Shown here piece by piece: positions 1 through 12,129 of a DNA stretch of 64,000 bases. The position numbers and the translations under genes were made by a program. Source of the stretch: Octopus vulgaris (Eukaryota); the NCBI GenBank assembly GCA_951406725.2, contig OX597816.1:52142001-52206000 (forward strand). The letters run 5' to 3'. Every line of letters starts with the position of its first letter. Positions within the stretch are counted from its first letter, which is position 1. The notes under the pieces were generated by a model. That model saw only the letters and a program-made list of their open reading frames with translations, was not told the origin of the DNA and ran no database searches.

Positions 1-35
<35 letters not shown>

Positions 36-36
<1 letters not shown>

Positions 37-63
37 TAGCAGAGATACCCGGCGTTGCCCGTG
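36..63 (-). mobile_element. Helitron-like 3' terminus (GC-rich hairpin then CTAG) abutting (TA)n; the element may extend to about 1355
   Basis: Minus strand reads CACGGGCAACGCCGGG-tatctctg-CTAG|TATATA, a subterminal hairpin followed by CTAG. Confidence 0.55.
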
Positions 64-1353
64 TTACATACAATTGAAGAATTAGACTTTTCTGTTATAG
101 TTTCTCTAATGAACTGGAATATCTGTTTCGAATTTCATCAAAATTGCAGTTGAGGGTTATTTCCTTCTTTACACGCCCCCCAAAAATTGTAATCGTGCCA
201 CATGTATCCTATACTACTGATTTTTATGCACAGATTCCAAAATTCCAGTCTTATTGAACCTGTTAAAAAGATTTTGCTCGTGAAAAATGAAGATCATGGA
301 GCTCTAAAATGTGAGAGTTAACGACCCTGTTGGGGGTGGGCATCTTAATGCCAACCAGAGAAGTTGAATTATTGAGAATCTTTTTAACTTGGGTCTTATA
401 TCTATTGTTTGAATTTCTTTGAAATAGGAAATATATGTTCACTGTGTTTGTAAAAGAGAGCAAAGCTACAGGAAACCAAAAGACGAATGATCACAATAAG
501 CAGTCAGTTACCCTACCCTAGTCGTAACCACTCCCAATGTAGGATTCCTCACCGTCCAGGTGACAGGCACAGCCATAAGATGCATTACGAATCTATAGCA
601 ATTGGAAGGGCATGACCCAACTGAAATAAACATTAACATTTGTGTGACATGAGGGCTAAGGAGAAATTAAAGTGTCACCTCTGGAGTTTGCAAATGACCA
701 CTATACTGATACGTAATTGGACAGAATAAATTTACAATCTATAAATGTCTCTGAATAACCAGTCACTCATCTGGGAAGGCCTTGAAGTCAATGTTACCAT
801 CTGGGGACTGTGTGTGACTGAGTGATGATAAAAAGACTGAAAGTAGGTCTGCAATCAAATAACTTTACTGAACTCTTTGCAACTGAATCAGTGGAGGCAA
901 AGATGCCTCTCATTTACTTGACAATTTATGCTGCACATTGCAGAATTCACAATCTAAGTGTATGTCAAAGCAAACTCTTATACTGTTGTACCATTGAATT
1001 ACAAATAATGCTCAACTTTTATCCTCGGGTAACCCTACAGCTTCCAAGAGCACAACTGTATTCGTTTTTGCTTAGATAAAATGACAAAATTGTGGGTGTT
1101 AAGTCCCCATGGAGGGAGGTCTTTCTAACTTTGTAAGAAGATGAAATTTTATAAATATTATTTCATTTGTGTCTAATATCAATGGTTAAAATTTCATCAA
1201 CAGCAAAGATATATGATTTGTCATGGGCGTTATGGCCCTTATGCATAGAATATAAATTCCAAATTTCATAAAAATCCATTCAGTACTTTTGACCTAGTTT
1301 TGGATCATAAAAGAAATTACTAAAATTTGGGAGTTAAGGCTCACATTAGGGTG

Positions 1354-1409
<56 letters not shown>

Positions 1410-1411
<2 letters not shown>

Positions 1412-1630
1412 TAATAAATATTAGGGAATGAATCCAAATTTACAGGGAAAAATCAGATTTAGGATTGAATCCAATTTTATAGTAAAATATGATATAATAT
1501 TATTAGAGACAAAACCACTATTATGCAAATCAAACAAAGAAAGACTTAATCCAATACATAAAAAAATTTATATAATTTTATATTATGTTTGATTTGCATA
1601 ATAGTGGTTTTGTCTCTAATAATATTATAT
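1410..1630. repeat. Fold-back element between (TA)n tracts with perfect 45-bp inverted arms
   Basis: 1492-1536 is the reverse complement of 1586-1630. The leading motif atccaaa(t/c)ttacagggaaaaa recurs near 27340. Confidence 0.8.
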
Positions 1631-1663
<33 letters not shown>

Positions 1664-1742
1664 TGATAGAAAGATAGTTAGAGAAATAGATAGATAGATA
1701 CATACATACATACATACATACATACATACATACATACATACA

Positions 1743-1778
<36 letters not shown>

Positions 1779-1845
1779 TGCACACACACATACAAAGATA
1801 AATTGATAGATACAACTGATTGGGCAAACAAAAATATGAGACACA

Positions 1846-2058
1846 GCCTAGTGCTTTTTTATGTTGATAAGCCTGGTACTTATTCTATTAGTTTGCACTT
1901 GTGAAAGCAGTAAGTTATGTGGATGTAAATAAATGAACAGCAGTTGTGAAGCAATGATGAGTGCGAAACACAGAGACAAAGACACACACATACACTTACA
2001 TATATACATACATATATATACGATTGATTTGTTTCAGTTCCTGTCTACGAAATCCATA
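1846..2058 (-). mobile_element. Decayed SINE (family B) fragment
   Basis: Reverse complement resembles the copies at 37137-37585 and 40251-40645 (tacttattctat..., tttcagttcctgtctac). Confidence 0.6.
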
Positions 2059-2063
2059 TATAT

Positions 2064-4620
2064 TGTTGTTGGCATCCTTTTTGACTCGGGAGACAATGGA
2101 GTTGCGCATAAAATAATCTAGTCCGGCTTTTACATTTCATGTCCTAATACATCTGCTGTGGCTGTGTAGTCCTATCCTCGACAAACACTCCTTCTGGCAG
2201 GTGCCACAAATGTAGCGAAGACTTTGCCTGGCTAATCGTAATGTCATAGTTTCTTGTTGAGGTCTTTTCTTGTCTTTCCATTTCTCCTCTCTCTCTATGT
2301 CACTCCTTTGTGTTCCCTCTTGTACGGTACGTCGCCAATCTCCACGGTTGCTGGCAACAGCTTCCCAGTTGGTAATATTGATGTTGCAGGCATTCATCTC
2401 CCTTTTGCAAACATCCTTGTATCGTAAGAACAGTCTTCCCACAGAACTAGTGCCCCTAGCAAGCTCTCCGTAGAGTATGTCCTTGGGGATTCTGCCATCT
2501 TCCATACGGCTAACATGTCCAAGCCATCTCATACGTCTTTGTGTGAGGAGTGCAAATATGCTTGGTATTCCTCCTTGCTTGAGGACATCTTTGTTGGGAA
2601 CATGATTCTGCCATTTGATGCGAAGGATTTTTCGGAGGCAGCGAAGGTGAAAGGTATTAAGGCGACGCTCTTGGCGTGTGTATGGCGTCCAAGTTTCACT
2701 TACATACAGTAGAGTGCTAAGTACACATGCCTGGTAAATCTTCATTTTTATGGCCATGGTCTGCATATTGTTGTCCCATGCCCATTTGGAGAGTTGGGCC
2801 ATCACAGCAGCTGCCTTGCCAATGCGTATATTGAGCTCAGTATCAAGGGATAGGTTGTAGGTGACGGTAGAGCCAAGATAGGTAAACTTCTCCACCTCCT
2901 GTAGTCTGTGGTCTCCACTATGTATGTTGGGGATGTCCGATGTAGCCTGACCATGATGTTGGTCTTCTTGAGGTTGATAACTAAGCCATAGTCGCTACAT
3001 GCCTGCTCAAAACAGTTGATGAGCCTTTGGAAGGCTTATGTGTGTGATACCTGCAAATCATCAGCAAATAGCATCTCCTTCATCGGGACGCTTCTGATTT
3101 TGGTCTTGGCACGCAGACGCGAGAGATTGAACAGTTACCCGTCACTTCTACTGTGCAGAAACACTCCATCATCTGATGTCTCAAAGGCATGTGACAGCAG
3201 CAGCGAGAAGGTGCCAAATAATGTAGGAGCAAGGACACAACCTTGCTTTACCCCGTGTTTTATTTGGAAGGCGGTTGATGTTGAACCATTGCGCTGTATG
3301 TTGTCTTGCATATCATCATGGAAAGATTTGATGATCCTCAGAAGCTTTGGTGGACATCCGATTTTTTGGAGCAGGATGAAAAGGCATTTTCTACTTACCA
3401 AGTCAAAGGCCTTTGTCTGATCAATGAAGGCCATATATAATGGTATTTTCTGCCCTCTAGACTTCTCCTGAAGTTGGCGTATGGAGAATAGCATGTCAAT
3501 AGTTTATCTGCTTCTTCTAAACCCACACTGTGATTCTGGATAAATTCGATAAGTAAGCAATTGTAGCCTGGACAGGATAACGTGAGCAAAGGTCTTTCCA
3601 ACAGTGCTTAGAAGAGATATTCCACGGTAATTGTTACAATCACCACATTCACCTTTGTTTTTGTAAAGCGTAATGATGTTAGCATTCCGCATATCCTGAG
3701 GGACTGTACCCTCTTCCCAGCACTGACACAGAAGCCCATGAACGTGCCGAAGCAGGATGGCGTTTTTGCCGGGTTTGATGATCTCTAAGGGGATGCCGTC
3801 TTTTCCCGGAGCCTTCTTACTTGCTAGGGAGTCAATAGCCTTGGTGAGCTCTGCTATAGATGGCAGACTGTCAAGTTCGCACATGACTGGCAAGATCTTG
3901 ACACTCTCGATTGCAGCCTCAGCTACCATCATCTCCCGTGAGTAGAGATCCTGGTAGTACTCCACCCATCTATCTGTTTGCTTGCTTTGGTCCTTGATGA
4001 GATCCCCAGTAGTTGGTTTCAGAGGGGCTGAGTTGATTGCGGATGGACCTAGGGCCTTCTTCAAACTGGCATACATCCCACAGGTGTCGCCACTGTCAGC
4101 AGCTGACTGGATACTCTGACAGATTTCCTGCCAATACCTATTTGCACAGCGTCTGGCAGTCAGTTGGGTTTTATTTCTTGCCTTTCTGAGTTCTTCGAGT
4201 GACTTTGTAGAAGAATCAATCTTTTATTGCATCAGAGCTGCACGTTTTGCTTCAATATCTGTTTCCAGCTCTGAGAGCCCAGCACTGAACCAATCTGGGT
4301 TTTACCTTTCTCTCACGCCGAAAGTATCTATTGATGTGGTATACAAAGCTTCCCTGATATAATTCCACCTACTTTCAGCAGATGAGGTTGGACAGCTACT
4401 GAGGGCAAAACATTTTCGCAGTGTAGGGTCGGAGGTTCTGGCAGTGTTAATGCGTGGTCGGCCCATTTTCTTGAAGTGATGGACTTTTTTTAGGCAGAAT
4501 CATCACCCTGTTTCTTATTAGTGAAAGATCTGTGTCACAATCCACGCTGTGGTAACTACGAGTCAGTTGAACATATTCCAGAAGGGATCTTCGTGTAATG
4601 ATGAGATCCAGCTGATGCTA
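2064..4620 (-). mobile_element. 5'-truncated RTE-clade LINE with frameshifted EN/RT ORF (pseudogene)
   Basis: ORF pieces carry KAPGKDGIP, NYRGISLLS, PESQCGFR, AFID.TKAFD, GVKQGCVLAPTLF, FTYLGS, WLGHVSRMEDGRIPKDILYGEL and a C-terminal C..C...H motif. The 3' end ccattgtctcccgag...ggatgccaacaac is RTE-like. The copy is truncated inside the endonuclease region (HQLDL). Confidence 0.93.
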
Positions 4621-6250
4621 GCGGTTCGCTAAACAAGACCGATAAAATGAATTATCGGTTGGCTAAACAAGATAGATAAAATGACTTAGCGGTTCGACAA
4701 ACGAGATCGATAAAATGACTTAGCGGTTCGCCAAAAATGATCGATAAAATGCATTAGCTTAACACAAAATGCGATCGATAAAATGACTTAGCGGTTCGCC
4801 AACCATGTTCGATAAAATGACCTAGCGTATCGACAAACGCGATCGACAAATTGACATAGCAGTTCGCCAAACAAAATCTATAAAATGACTTAGCGGTTCG
4901 CCAAACGAGATCGATAAAATGACGTAGCGGTACGCCAATCTAGATCGATTAAATAATCTAGTGGTTCGCCTAACGAGATCGATAAAATGACTTAGCGGCT
5001 CGTTAAAATCGATCGATAAAATGAGCTAGCGGTTCGCCAAACACGATCGATATAATTACTTAGCAATTCTCCGAACGCGATCGATAAAATGATTTAGCGG
5101 TTCGCCAAACGAGATCGATAAGGTGACATAGTGGTTCGGCAAACGAGGTGGATAAGGTGACTTAGTGGTTCGGAAAACGAGGTCGTTAAAATGACATAGC
5201 GGATCGCCAAAACGCGATCGATAAAATGACGTAGCGGTTTGCCAAACTCGATTGATAAAATGCCTAAGCGGTTCGACAAACAAGATCGATAAAATGACAT
5301 AGCGGCTCGCTAAACATATTCGACTTAGCGGTTTGCCATACGTGATGGATAAAATGACCTAGCGGTTCGCCGAACAAGATCGATAAAATAACCTAGCAGT
5401 TTGACAATCACGATCGATTAAATGACTTAGCGGTTCGCTAAACGTAATCGATAAGTTGATTAAGTGGTTCGGCAAACGAGATCGATAAAACGACTCAGCG
5501 GTTCGCCAAACAGGAACAATAAAATGACGTCGCGGCTCGCCAAACGCGTTCAATAAAATGACGTAGCGGTTCGCCAAACGAGATCGATAAAATGACGTAA
5601 CGTTTCGCCAAACATGCTCGATAATATAACATAGCGGTTCGACCCACGAGATCGATAAAATGACTTAGCGGTTCGCCAAACGATATCGATAAAATTACTT
5701 AGCGGTTCGCCAAACACGATCGATAAGATGACTTAGCGGTTCGACACACGCGATCGATAAAATGACATAGTGGTTCGCTAAACGTGATCGATAAAATGAC
5801 TTTGTGGTTCGCCAAACGCGATCGATAAATTGACGTAGCGGTTCGCCAAACCGATCGATAAAATGACCTAGCGGTTCGCCAACGAATACGATAAAATGAC
5901 CTACGGGTTTCGGCAAACGCGTTCCATAAAATTATGTAGCGCTTCGCCAATCGAGAACGCTAAAATGCATTAGCGTTTCGATAAACGCGATCGATAAAAT
6001 GCATTAGCGTAAGGCCAAACGAGATCGATAAAATGACTTAGCGGCTCGCCAACCGTGTTCGATAAAATGACTTAGCGTAACGTCAAACGTGATCGATAAA
6101 TTGAATTAGCGGATCGCTAAACGAGATCGATAAAATGACTTAGCGGTTCGGCAAACGTATCGATAAAATGACATAGCAATTTGCCAAATGAGATCGATAA
6201 AATGACCTAGCGGTTTACAAAAATAAGTACTGGAGTCGATTTGTTCGACA
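4620..6250 (+). repeat. Minisatellite with a 34-bp unit (GATCGATAAAATGACTTAGCGGTTCGCCAAACGA), roughly 45 diverged copies
   Basis: Direct tandem periodicity is visible throughout. The array ends in aaaataagtactggagtcgatttgttcgac, which continues SINE family B. Confidence 0.95.
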
Positions 6251-6256
6251 AAATAG

Positions 6257-6302
<46 letters not shown>

Positions 6303-7642
6303 GCACTCAATCAAATCCTTCGACTCCGAATAATAAGGAGGTAGATGGAAACAATGGAGACAGCTGCCAGAAAGACTGTTTCTATTTTTGGCTGGTGATT
6401 TGGTGGAGTTGACCAAACGCCTTATTCTACATCGCTACTTTATTTTGGACGTTTTCAACGCAATATATTTATTCTCTTACATGCATTCGGAGTCTGTGCT
6501 GGGTTTGAGAAAATACCCTCACATCGCCACAGCCCCACCACGTTTAGAAATACTTGTAGAAAACATTATATGAGTTCCTTCCTCTCTGATTAAATTCTTC
6601 AGGAAGAAACAAACGAGTCTTGAATGGATTTGAAACCTGCGCCTAAAAATATATGACTAGATACTGTATGCTATCTGCACTTGTACACCCTGTACTCTGT
6701 AATAGTGGTTGATCCAATCATCTTCATCACTCTGAAATATTGTAGAAATGTTGATTGATTAGTGAGAATAGATTTAATATTCTATTTGTTCCGGAATTCT
6801 TTGAGACATACCTTTATTAATTTGTTTGTTATTTATTTATTTTAAATTTCTAATCAATTATCGATAGGTATTACACAGGTGAATTGAAAATTATCGTTTT
6901 AAATATCTAAATGATATTTGCGACGGTACTACACACTACACTTCTCTATTTTTGTTGTTGTTGTGTGTGTGTGTGTGTATGTGTTCTTGTGTATGTATAT
7001 ATTCGTTCTTTTGCTCTCATTTCCTTCTTTTTGTGTAATTTCCTTGAATTTTTTTTAAGCATTTATTTTCTGTGAAGATGCACTGTGAAAGATAGAAATA
7101 TGCAATTTCATAGTTTGCGCATTGTATCTGGAAATTACTTATAACAACTACAAAAAATACAATAATAATAAGTTTAAAATCGTGTCAGATAGAAAAGCTG
7201 AAAATTACAGACAGGTAAGAAGACAGAGATAAGAGGAGTATTTTTTTATATATCCTTGTATAAGCCAACATCATAATTATTATTCTAAAACGAACTAATA
7301 TCTGTTTCCAGCCAACGTTTTATGAATTTGATGAAAGATGTTTCGATGATGTTTTTGTTTTTATATCGTCTTTAGATAGCTTTCATATACGATTAAGAAA
7401 ATGGCGGAGAACATCTATCCTGCCAAGTTTACCCTTGGGAAATGTGTTAGATATAAAGTATAGAACGATTTTCTATATAACATTGAGTAAGTTATAGCCG
7501 TGCTTGACGAATAAATTGTATATCTTACATTACTGGGAGCTGTATAGATATCTGCAAAAGCCGATTTTGACATAACATCTCACCGAGATTTGACAAGTAT
7601 CAAAAGTATACTCGAGTCGATCGGATATACAATAAAGAAGAA

Positions 7643-7696
<54 letters not shown>

Positions 7697-7875
7697 TAAA
7701 TCCGTGTAAAATAAAACTGATCCATTCAACTGATTAATAATGATTTCCATTATTGGTACAAGGCTACAGATATATAACGAATGCGTATAATATAATCGGC
7801 TGAGTCTACTTCGGTATATGGGATTTACTTATTTTATCAGAGTGAATGCTATGTTTTGGTATAATATATATATAT

Positions 7876-8265
7876 AACGTAAGGTGTACTAGCCATCTGA
7901 ATGTGGCTAGCCACTGGGGGTGGGGTGTTACTGATGCTTTTAGCCCCAGGCGATCAACGTCACCAGATGGACTTTAGACACTATCTCAGTGCCCTTGTGT
8001 TATTTGCAAAGGGAGGTCATCCTCTCTCGAAGACCTAGGTACTACATACGGACTATAGTTTCAAGGTAATTGCCTCTCGTCACCTCCCTTTGCAAATAAC
8101 ACAAGGGCACTGAGATAGTGTCTAAAGTCCATCTGGTGACGTTGATCGCCTGGGGTTAAAAGCATCAGTAACACCCCACCCCCAGTGGCTAGCCACATTC
8201 AGATGGCTAGTACACCTTACGTTGTCGAGCGGTTACTGTTTATATCTCGTTCAGAGATTTATTAT
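7876..8265. mobile_element. Fold-back element with 142-bp near-perfect inverted arms (7876-8017 / 8082-8223) between (TA)n tracts
   Basis: I saw one mismatch between the arms. The 64-nt spacer holds a truncated hammerhead motif. Confidence 0.9.
8047..8082 (-). ncRNA. 5'-truncated minimal type-I hammerhead ribozyme motif
   Basis: Minus strand: TGACGA-GAGG-caatta-CCTT-GAAA-CTATAG-TC-cgta. The first C of the core and the 5' strand of stem I are lost at the inversion junction. Confidence 0.7.
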
Positions 8266-8310
8266 ATATATATATATATATAGTTATATTAATAGTAATA
8301 ATAATAAAGA

Positions 8311-8717
8311 GTATGGAGACTTTTACATCCACAAAATTTATTTTATAGTTATATACACCATATTATAATGGCCTACATGTGTTTCCGCTGCGGCAACTGC
8401 TCACTGTTGCAAATGCAACCTTGCAATATTTTCTGTGCAGCTTCAACAGGAACCGTTCACTTGGTATTCCTCGAAGTAAACTGATTGAAGTAGATTTTTG
8501 TTAGTTAGTATTCCACTAACGAACTAACAAGAATTTACATCAATCAGTTCACTTCAAAGATGACCAAATGGACGGACACTGATGAAGCTGCACCAACAAT
8601 ATTGCAAGGTTGTATTTACTACAGTGAATAGCTGTTTCAGCAGGAACACGTGTAGACCATTATAATATGATGCATATAATTATAAAATAAATTTTGTGGA
8701 TGTACAAGTCTCCATAT
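8311..8717. mobile_element. Aged palindromic element (about 200-bp arms), each arm with a degenerate hammerhead motif
   Basis: The arms are diverged reverse complements around a short loop near 8507-8521. Minus arm 8370-8454: GGTTC-CTGTTGA-A-GCTGC..GCAGC-G-GAAA-CACATG-TA-GGCC. Plus arm 8579-8658: CTGATGA-AGCTGC..GCA-GGAA-CACGTG-TA-GACC. Confidence 0.8.
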
Positions 8718-9221
8718 TCCAGTTTACCTATATTGCAGCAAATGAACCAAATACAACTGTTCTCAAACGAGGATCGTCGTGGTTAGCCATTAACTGGAAC
8801 TTAACTGTAAGCTAATACAATATCCGCTCGGATAATATATCCCTCCAAACTCTTTTATATTTAGGTATATATAACTACGATAGGATTAGAATTTTGGAAG
8901 CAAAGGAGCGCGGTTAAATACCTTAAGATATTCACTCCGGCAACCTACTGTATCAAGCTGCCTACGATAATAGTTAAATATCTACTCTTGTCAGATGTGT
9001 GGTCAAAACTACCTGTTGCATTATACAGAGTTCTTGATAGCTTCTACATGACCGCTCAATCTATTAGAATCTTTCAAATCAGACCCAACAGATTTTTCTT
9101 TAAATTAGGGGAAGACATATTTGATAACGTAGTCTAAGATAAATTGTCTAAAAAGATGGACTGGTCATGGCTAGAATATCTTCCATCATTCGTCTGTTCC
9201 ATCAGAGCCGATCTAGGACTT

Positions 9222-9410
9222 TGTATTTCGTCTGCCGTTACGTTCTGAGTTCAAAATCCGCCGAGGTCCACTTTGCCTTTCATCCTTTCGGGGTCGATAA
9301 ATTAAGTACTAGTTACGCGCTGGGGTCGATGTAGTCAACTTAATCCCTTTGTCTGTACTTGTTTGCCCCCTCTATGTTTAGCCCCTTGTGGGCAATAAAA
9401 AAATAAGAAA
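9222..9410 (+). mobile_element. SINE family A, head-less copy with Tx1-like tail
   Basis: Contains a gagttcaaa B-box-like motif, the gcctttcatcctttcggggtcgataaattaagtac core and the gccccttgtgggcaataaa tail. Confidence 0.85.
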
Positions 9411-10499
9411 ATTATCGTCAATCTGAAGACCTGGTAACAAAGCGGATTCTTCTAAAGGCAGCCAAGGTCCAGGTTGTGGTGTAAAACTGCAGGGTGTATT
9501 AAGTCTAGAAACACAGAAATCACAGAACCAAAACGAAGACAGCTTGGTTCTCATCCGATGCTCTACTAATTACAATGACACACTGTTTTGGATTGGTGCT
9601 TTGTCTGTATATGATATCATCAGTAGGAAAAATAGTCACGAAAATACCGCGAGTGTAATATAAAACATTTTAATGCAGCCTTTACAGGTCTGAGTTATCT
9701 TTAGCTTTCAATTGTCAAAAGATGATAAAAGTGTAATATTGTAAAGTAACATACTGCAGTTAGTGAAATTTACTATGATAAAATACCAAGAAATAAAATG
9801 TATGTCTGATACATATTACTAAGCTTCTGCCAATGGTAAAATCGACTATTTTATATTCTATTGCAAAAATAATGTCCATGCTCGTTACTATCGATTTTAC
9901 CTCTAGTATTACAGGCAAAAGAGCGCAATAGAACACTGATATACAATGCATATATATTGTCGATTGTAATCAGCTCACTTCACTTACTTCAGAATATTTT
10001 GTTTAGCAGAATTGGTAGAGAGACTGGCAAATGACTGGCGATATTTTGGTTGGCATAGTATGTACCAGTTAAGTAATAGTAGTCTATTGAAGTGAATATT
10101 TTCATTTAGAAGTATTGCTTTGTTCATTTGTTGAAACTCATTATTTTAAGCCATGAAATTCCTCCTCTGCTATCCCTTTAAGATCTGAAACATTTGTTAC
10201 TAGAAAAAAAATGAATCTTGTAATTCCTATTACAGTCGAATCAGCTCAAGGCGATAGGTTTTCAATTTACTATACAGAGATCTTTGGTTTATACCCCGTC
10301 ATCGGGGTATAACTATGTCAATAAAGATGACACAAATAAGAGACTTATCTGTCGATGAGCCAATTCAGCTAATTGCAAATAGTTTAAACATCTCGAATAT
10401 GTACTATGTTGAGAGACAAGGAAGAAATCTGACTAACCGGATGCATGTCGGGGAAAAAAGTAAATCAAGGTTTTACTACCAGGTCTCACAATACAATAT

Positions 10500-11020
10500 C
10501 AGTTTCAAATTTTGGCACAAGGCCAGCAACATCGAGGAGGGGGCTAAGTCGATTACATCGACATCAGTGTTTAACTGGTACTTATTTTATCCATCTCGAA
10601 AGGATGAAAAGCAAAATCGACCCGGCGAAATTTGAAAGTAAAGACAGACGAGACGCCGCTAAGTAAATTTTCGCAGCGTGCTAACGATTCTTATTTCTTT
10701 ATTGCCCACAAGGGGCTAAATCGAGGGGACAAACAAGGACAGACAAAGGAATTAAGGCGATTACATCGACCCCAGTGCATAACTGGTACTTAATTTATTG
10801 ACCCCGGAAGGATGAAAGGCAAAGTCGACCTGTGCGGAATTTGAACTCAGAACGTAGCAGCAGACGAAATACCTATTTCTTTACTACCCACAAGGGGTTA
10901 AACACAGAGGAGACAAACAAGGACAGACCTCGGTAGAATCTGAACGCAGAACGTAGCGGCAGACGAAATATTGCTAAGCATTTCGCCCGGCGTGCTAACG
11001 TTTCTGCCAGCTCGCCGCCT
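10500..11020 (-). mobile_element. Cluster of tandem/nested SINE family A copies
   Basis: Repeated reverse complements of the family A head (ggcggcgagctggcagaaacgttagcacgccggg), core and tails. Confidence 0.85.
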
Positions 11021-11327
11021 TCAGGCTGCACAAAGTTGAGGAGACTTATTCTTCTCTCTCATTCCAAAGGATTGCAAACGTTTGAAACGTGACACTTGTT
11101 TTCGGTTTTAAGGAGAAAAAAACCCAAAGATTTCACTAATTGGATTATTCCTAATGGGTTATGTCAACGCGGATCATCTGTGTTATAAGTTCCATTGTTT
11201 GTACGACACCTTTTGTTTCTGTTTGAAACCTGAGCTTCTCGACTCTCATGGCTAATATTGCTTGTGAAATTTCACACTGTAACATATCTGTTCTGTGGGG
11301 GCTTTACTTGCCATTATATTCGCTTTA

Positions 11328-11518
11328 GAGGGGTGCTGAAAAGTTTCTGACTTTGGTTAAAAGAAAATACAGGAGGATCAGTTAATTATGATTTTATTCA
11401 ACATATTTCCCTCTCAGATTCACACACTGATTGCAATAGTCCTTCAGTTTTTCTAAGCCCTGTAGAACTCGGAAATTTGAACCCCCAACAAGTCAAGAAT
11501 TTATCAGCACCCCCTTCG
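11328..11518. mobile_element. Mariner-type MITE
   Basis: Inverted termini gaggggtgctgaaaagtt / aatttatcagcacccccttcg followed by TA. Confidence 0.7.
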
Positions 11519-11729
11519 TACACACTAGCCTTTATCTTTAACTTAAAATTTAGCGTATTTACAAATTCTGTTGTTGTTTCATCTTTATTTTCCATAATTT
11601 TATCTCATTTCAGCCTCCGTTTTGTATTTACTGGCTCACAGTAATACAATAAAAACTACTTTGTTGTACGTCTTTTTTTTTTGTTGCATGTTTTAGTCTT
11701 TCATTTTTCTTCGTAAATATTTTTGTACT

Positions 11730-12082
11730 TATTCTTCCCCCAGTGAATTTCTCAAAAGGTAGGTGACTGAGGCAAAATGTTTAGGGTGAATTCAATTACT
11801 TCAAGCGTCAACCTCTAGATTGGAAAACAACTGATAGACGAGATTTTGTGTTCTTGCTTGTCAGGGTAATCCTGGATCTGTAGCTTTCCTTGATTGGCCC
11901 CTAGCTAAAGGAGCTCCAATATCAAGGGAACAGCATCATCCATGTGTCCACTTATTTGTATGCTATGTATACTTTTGATTTCATCTCCCCCCTCTCTCTA
12001 TCACCTCATTTTTATGTAACCCCCCACACACACACACAAATTGTAAACCATCTCTGTAAAGTCTCTCATGGATAATAAAAAA
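11730..12082 (+). mobile_element. Possible decayed 3' end of a Tx1-like LINE
   Basis: The end (ccatctctgt..ctcatggataataaaaaac) loosely resembles the Tx1 3' end at 59768-59812. The similarity is weak. Confidence 0.3.
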
Positions 12083-12129
12083 CCATTATCACTGCTATCA
12101 TTATTATCATCATCAATATTATCCAATGA

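Noticed and set aside
4620-6210. CRISPR-like array of ~34-bp repeats
   Set aside because: The units are contiguous with no unique spacers, there are no cas genes, and the context is eukaryotic. The unit derives from a SINE, and the overlapping ORFs are repeat artefacts.
6310-6573. Possible host exon (moderate GC, short ORF)
   Set aside because: No recognisable protein similarity or convincing splice context by eye.
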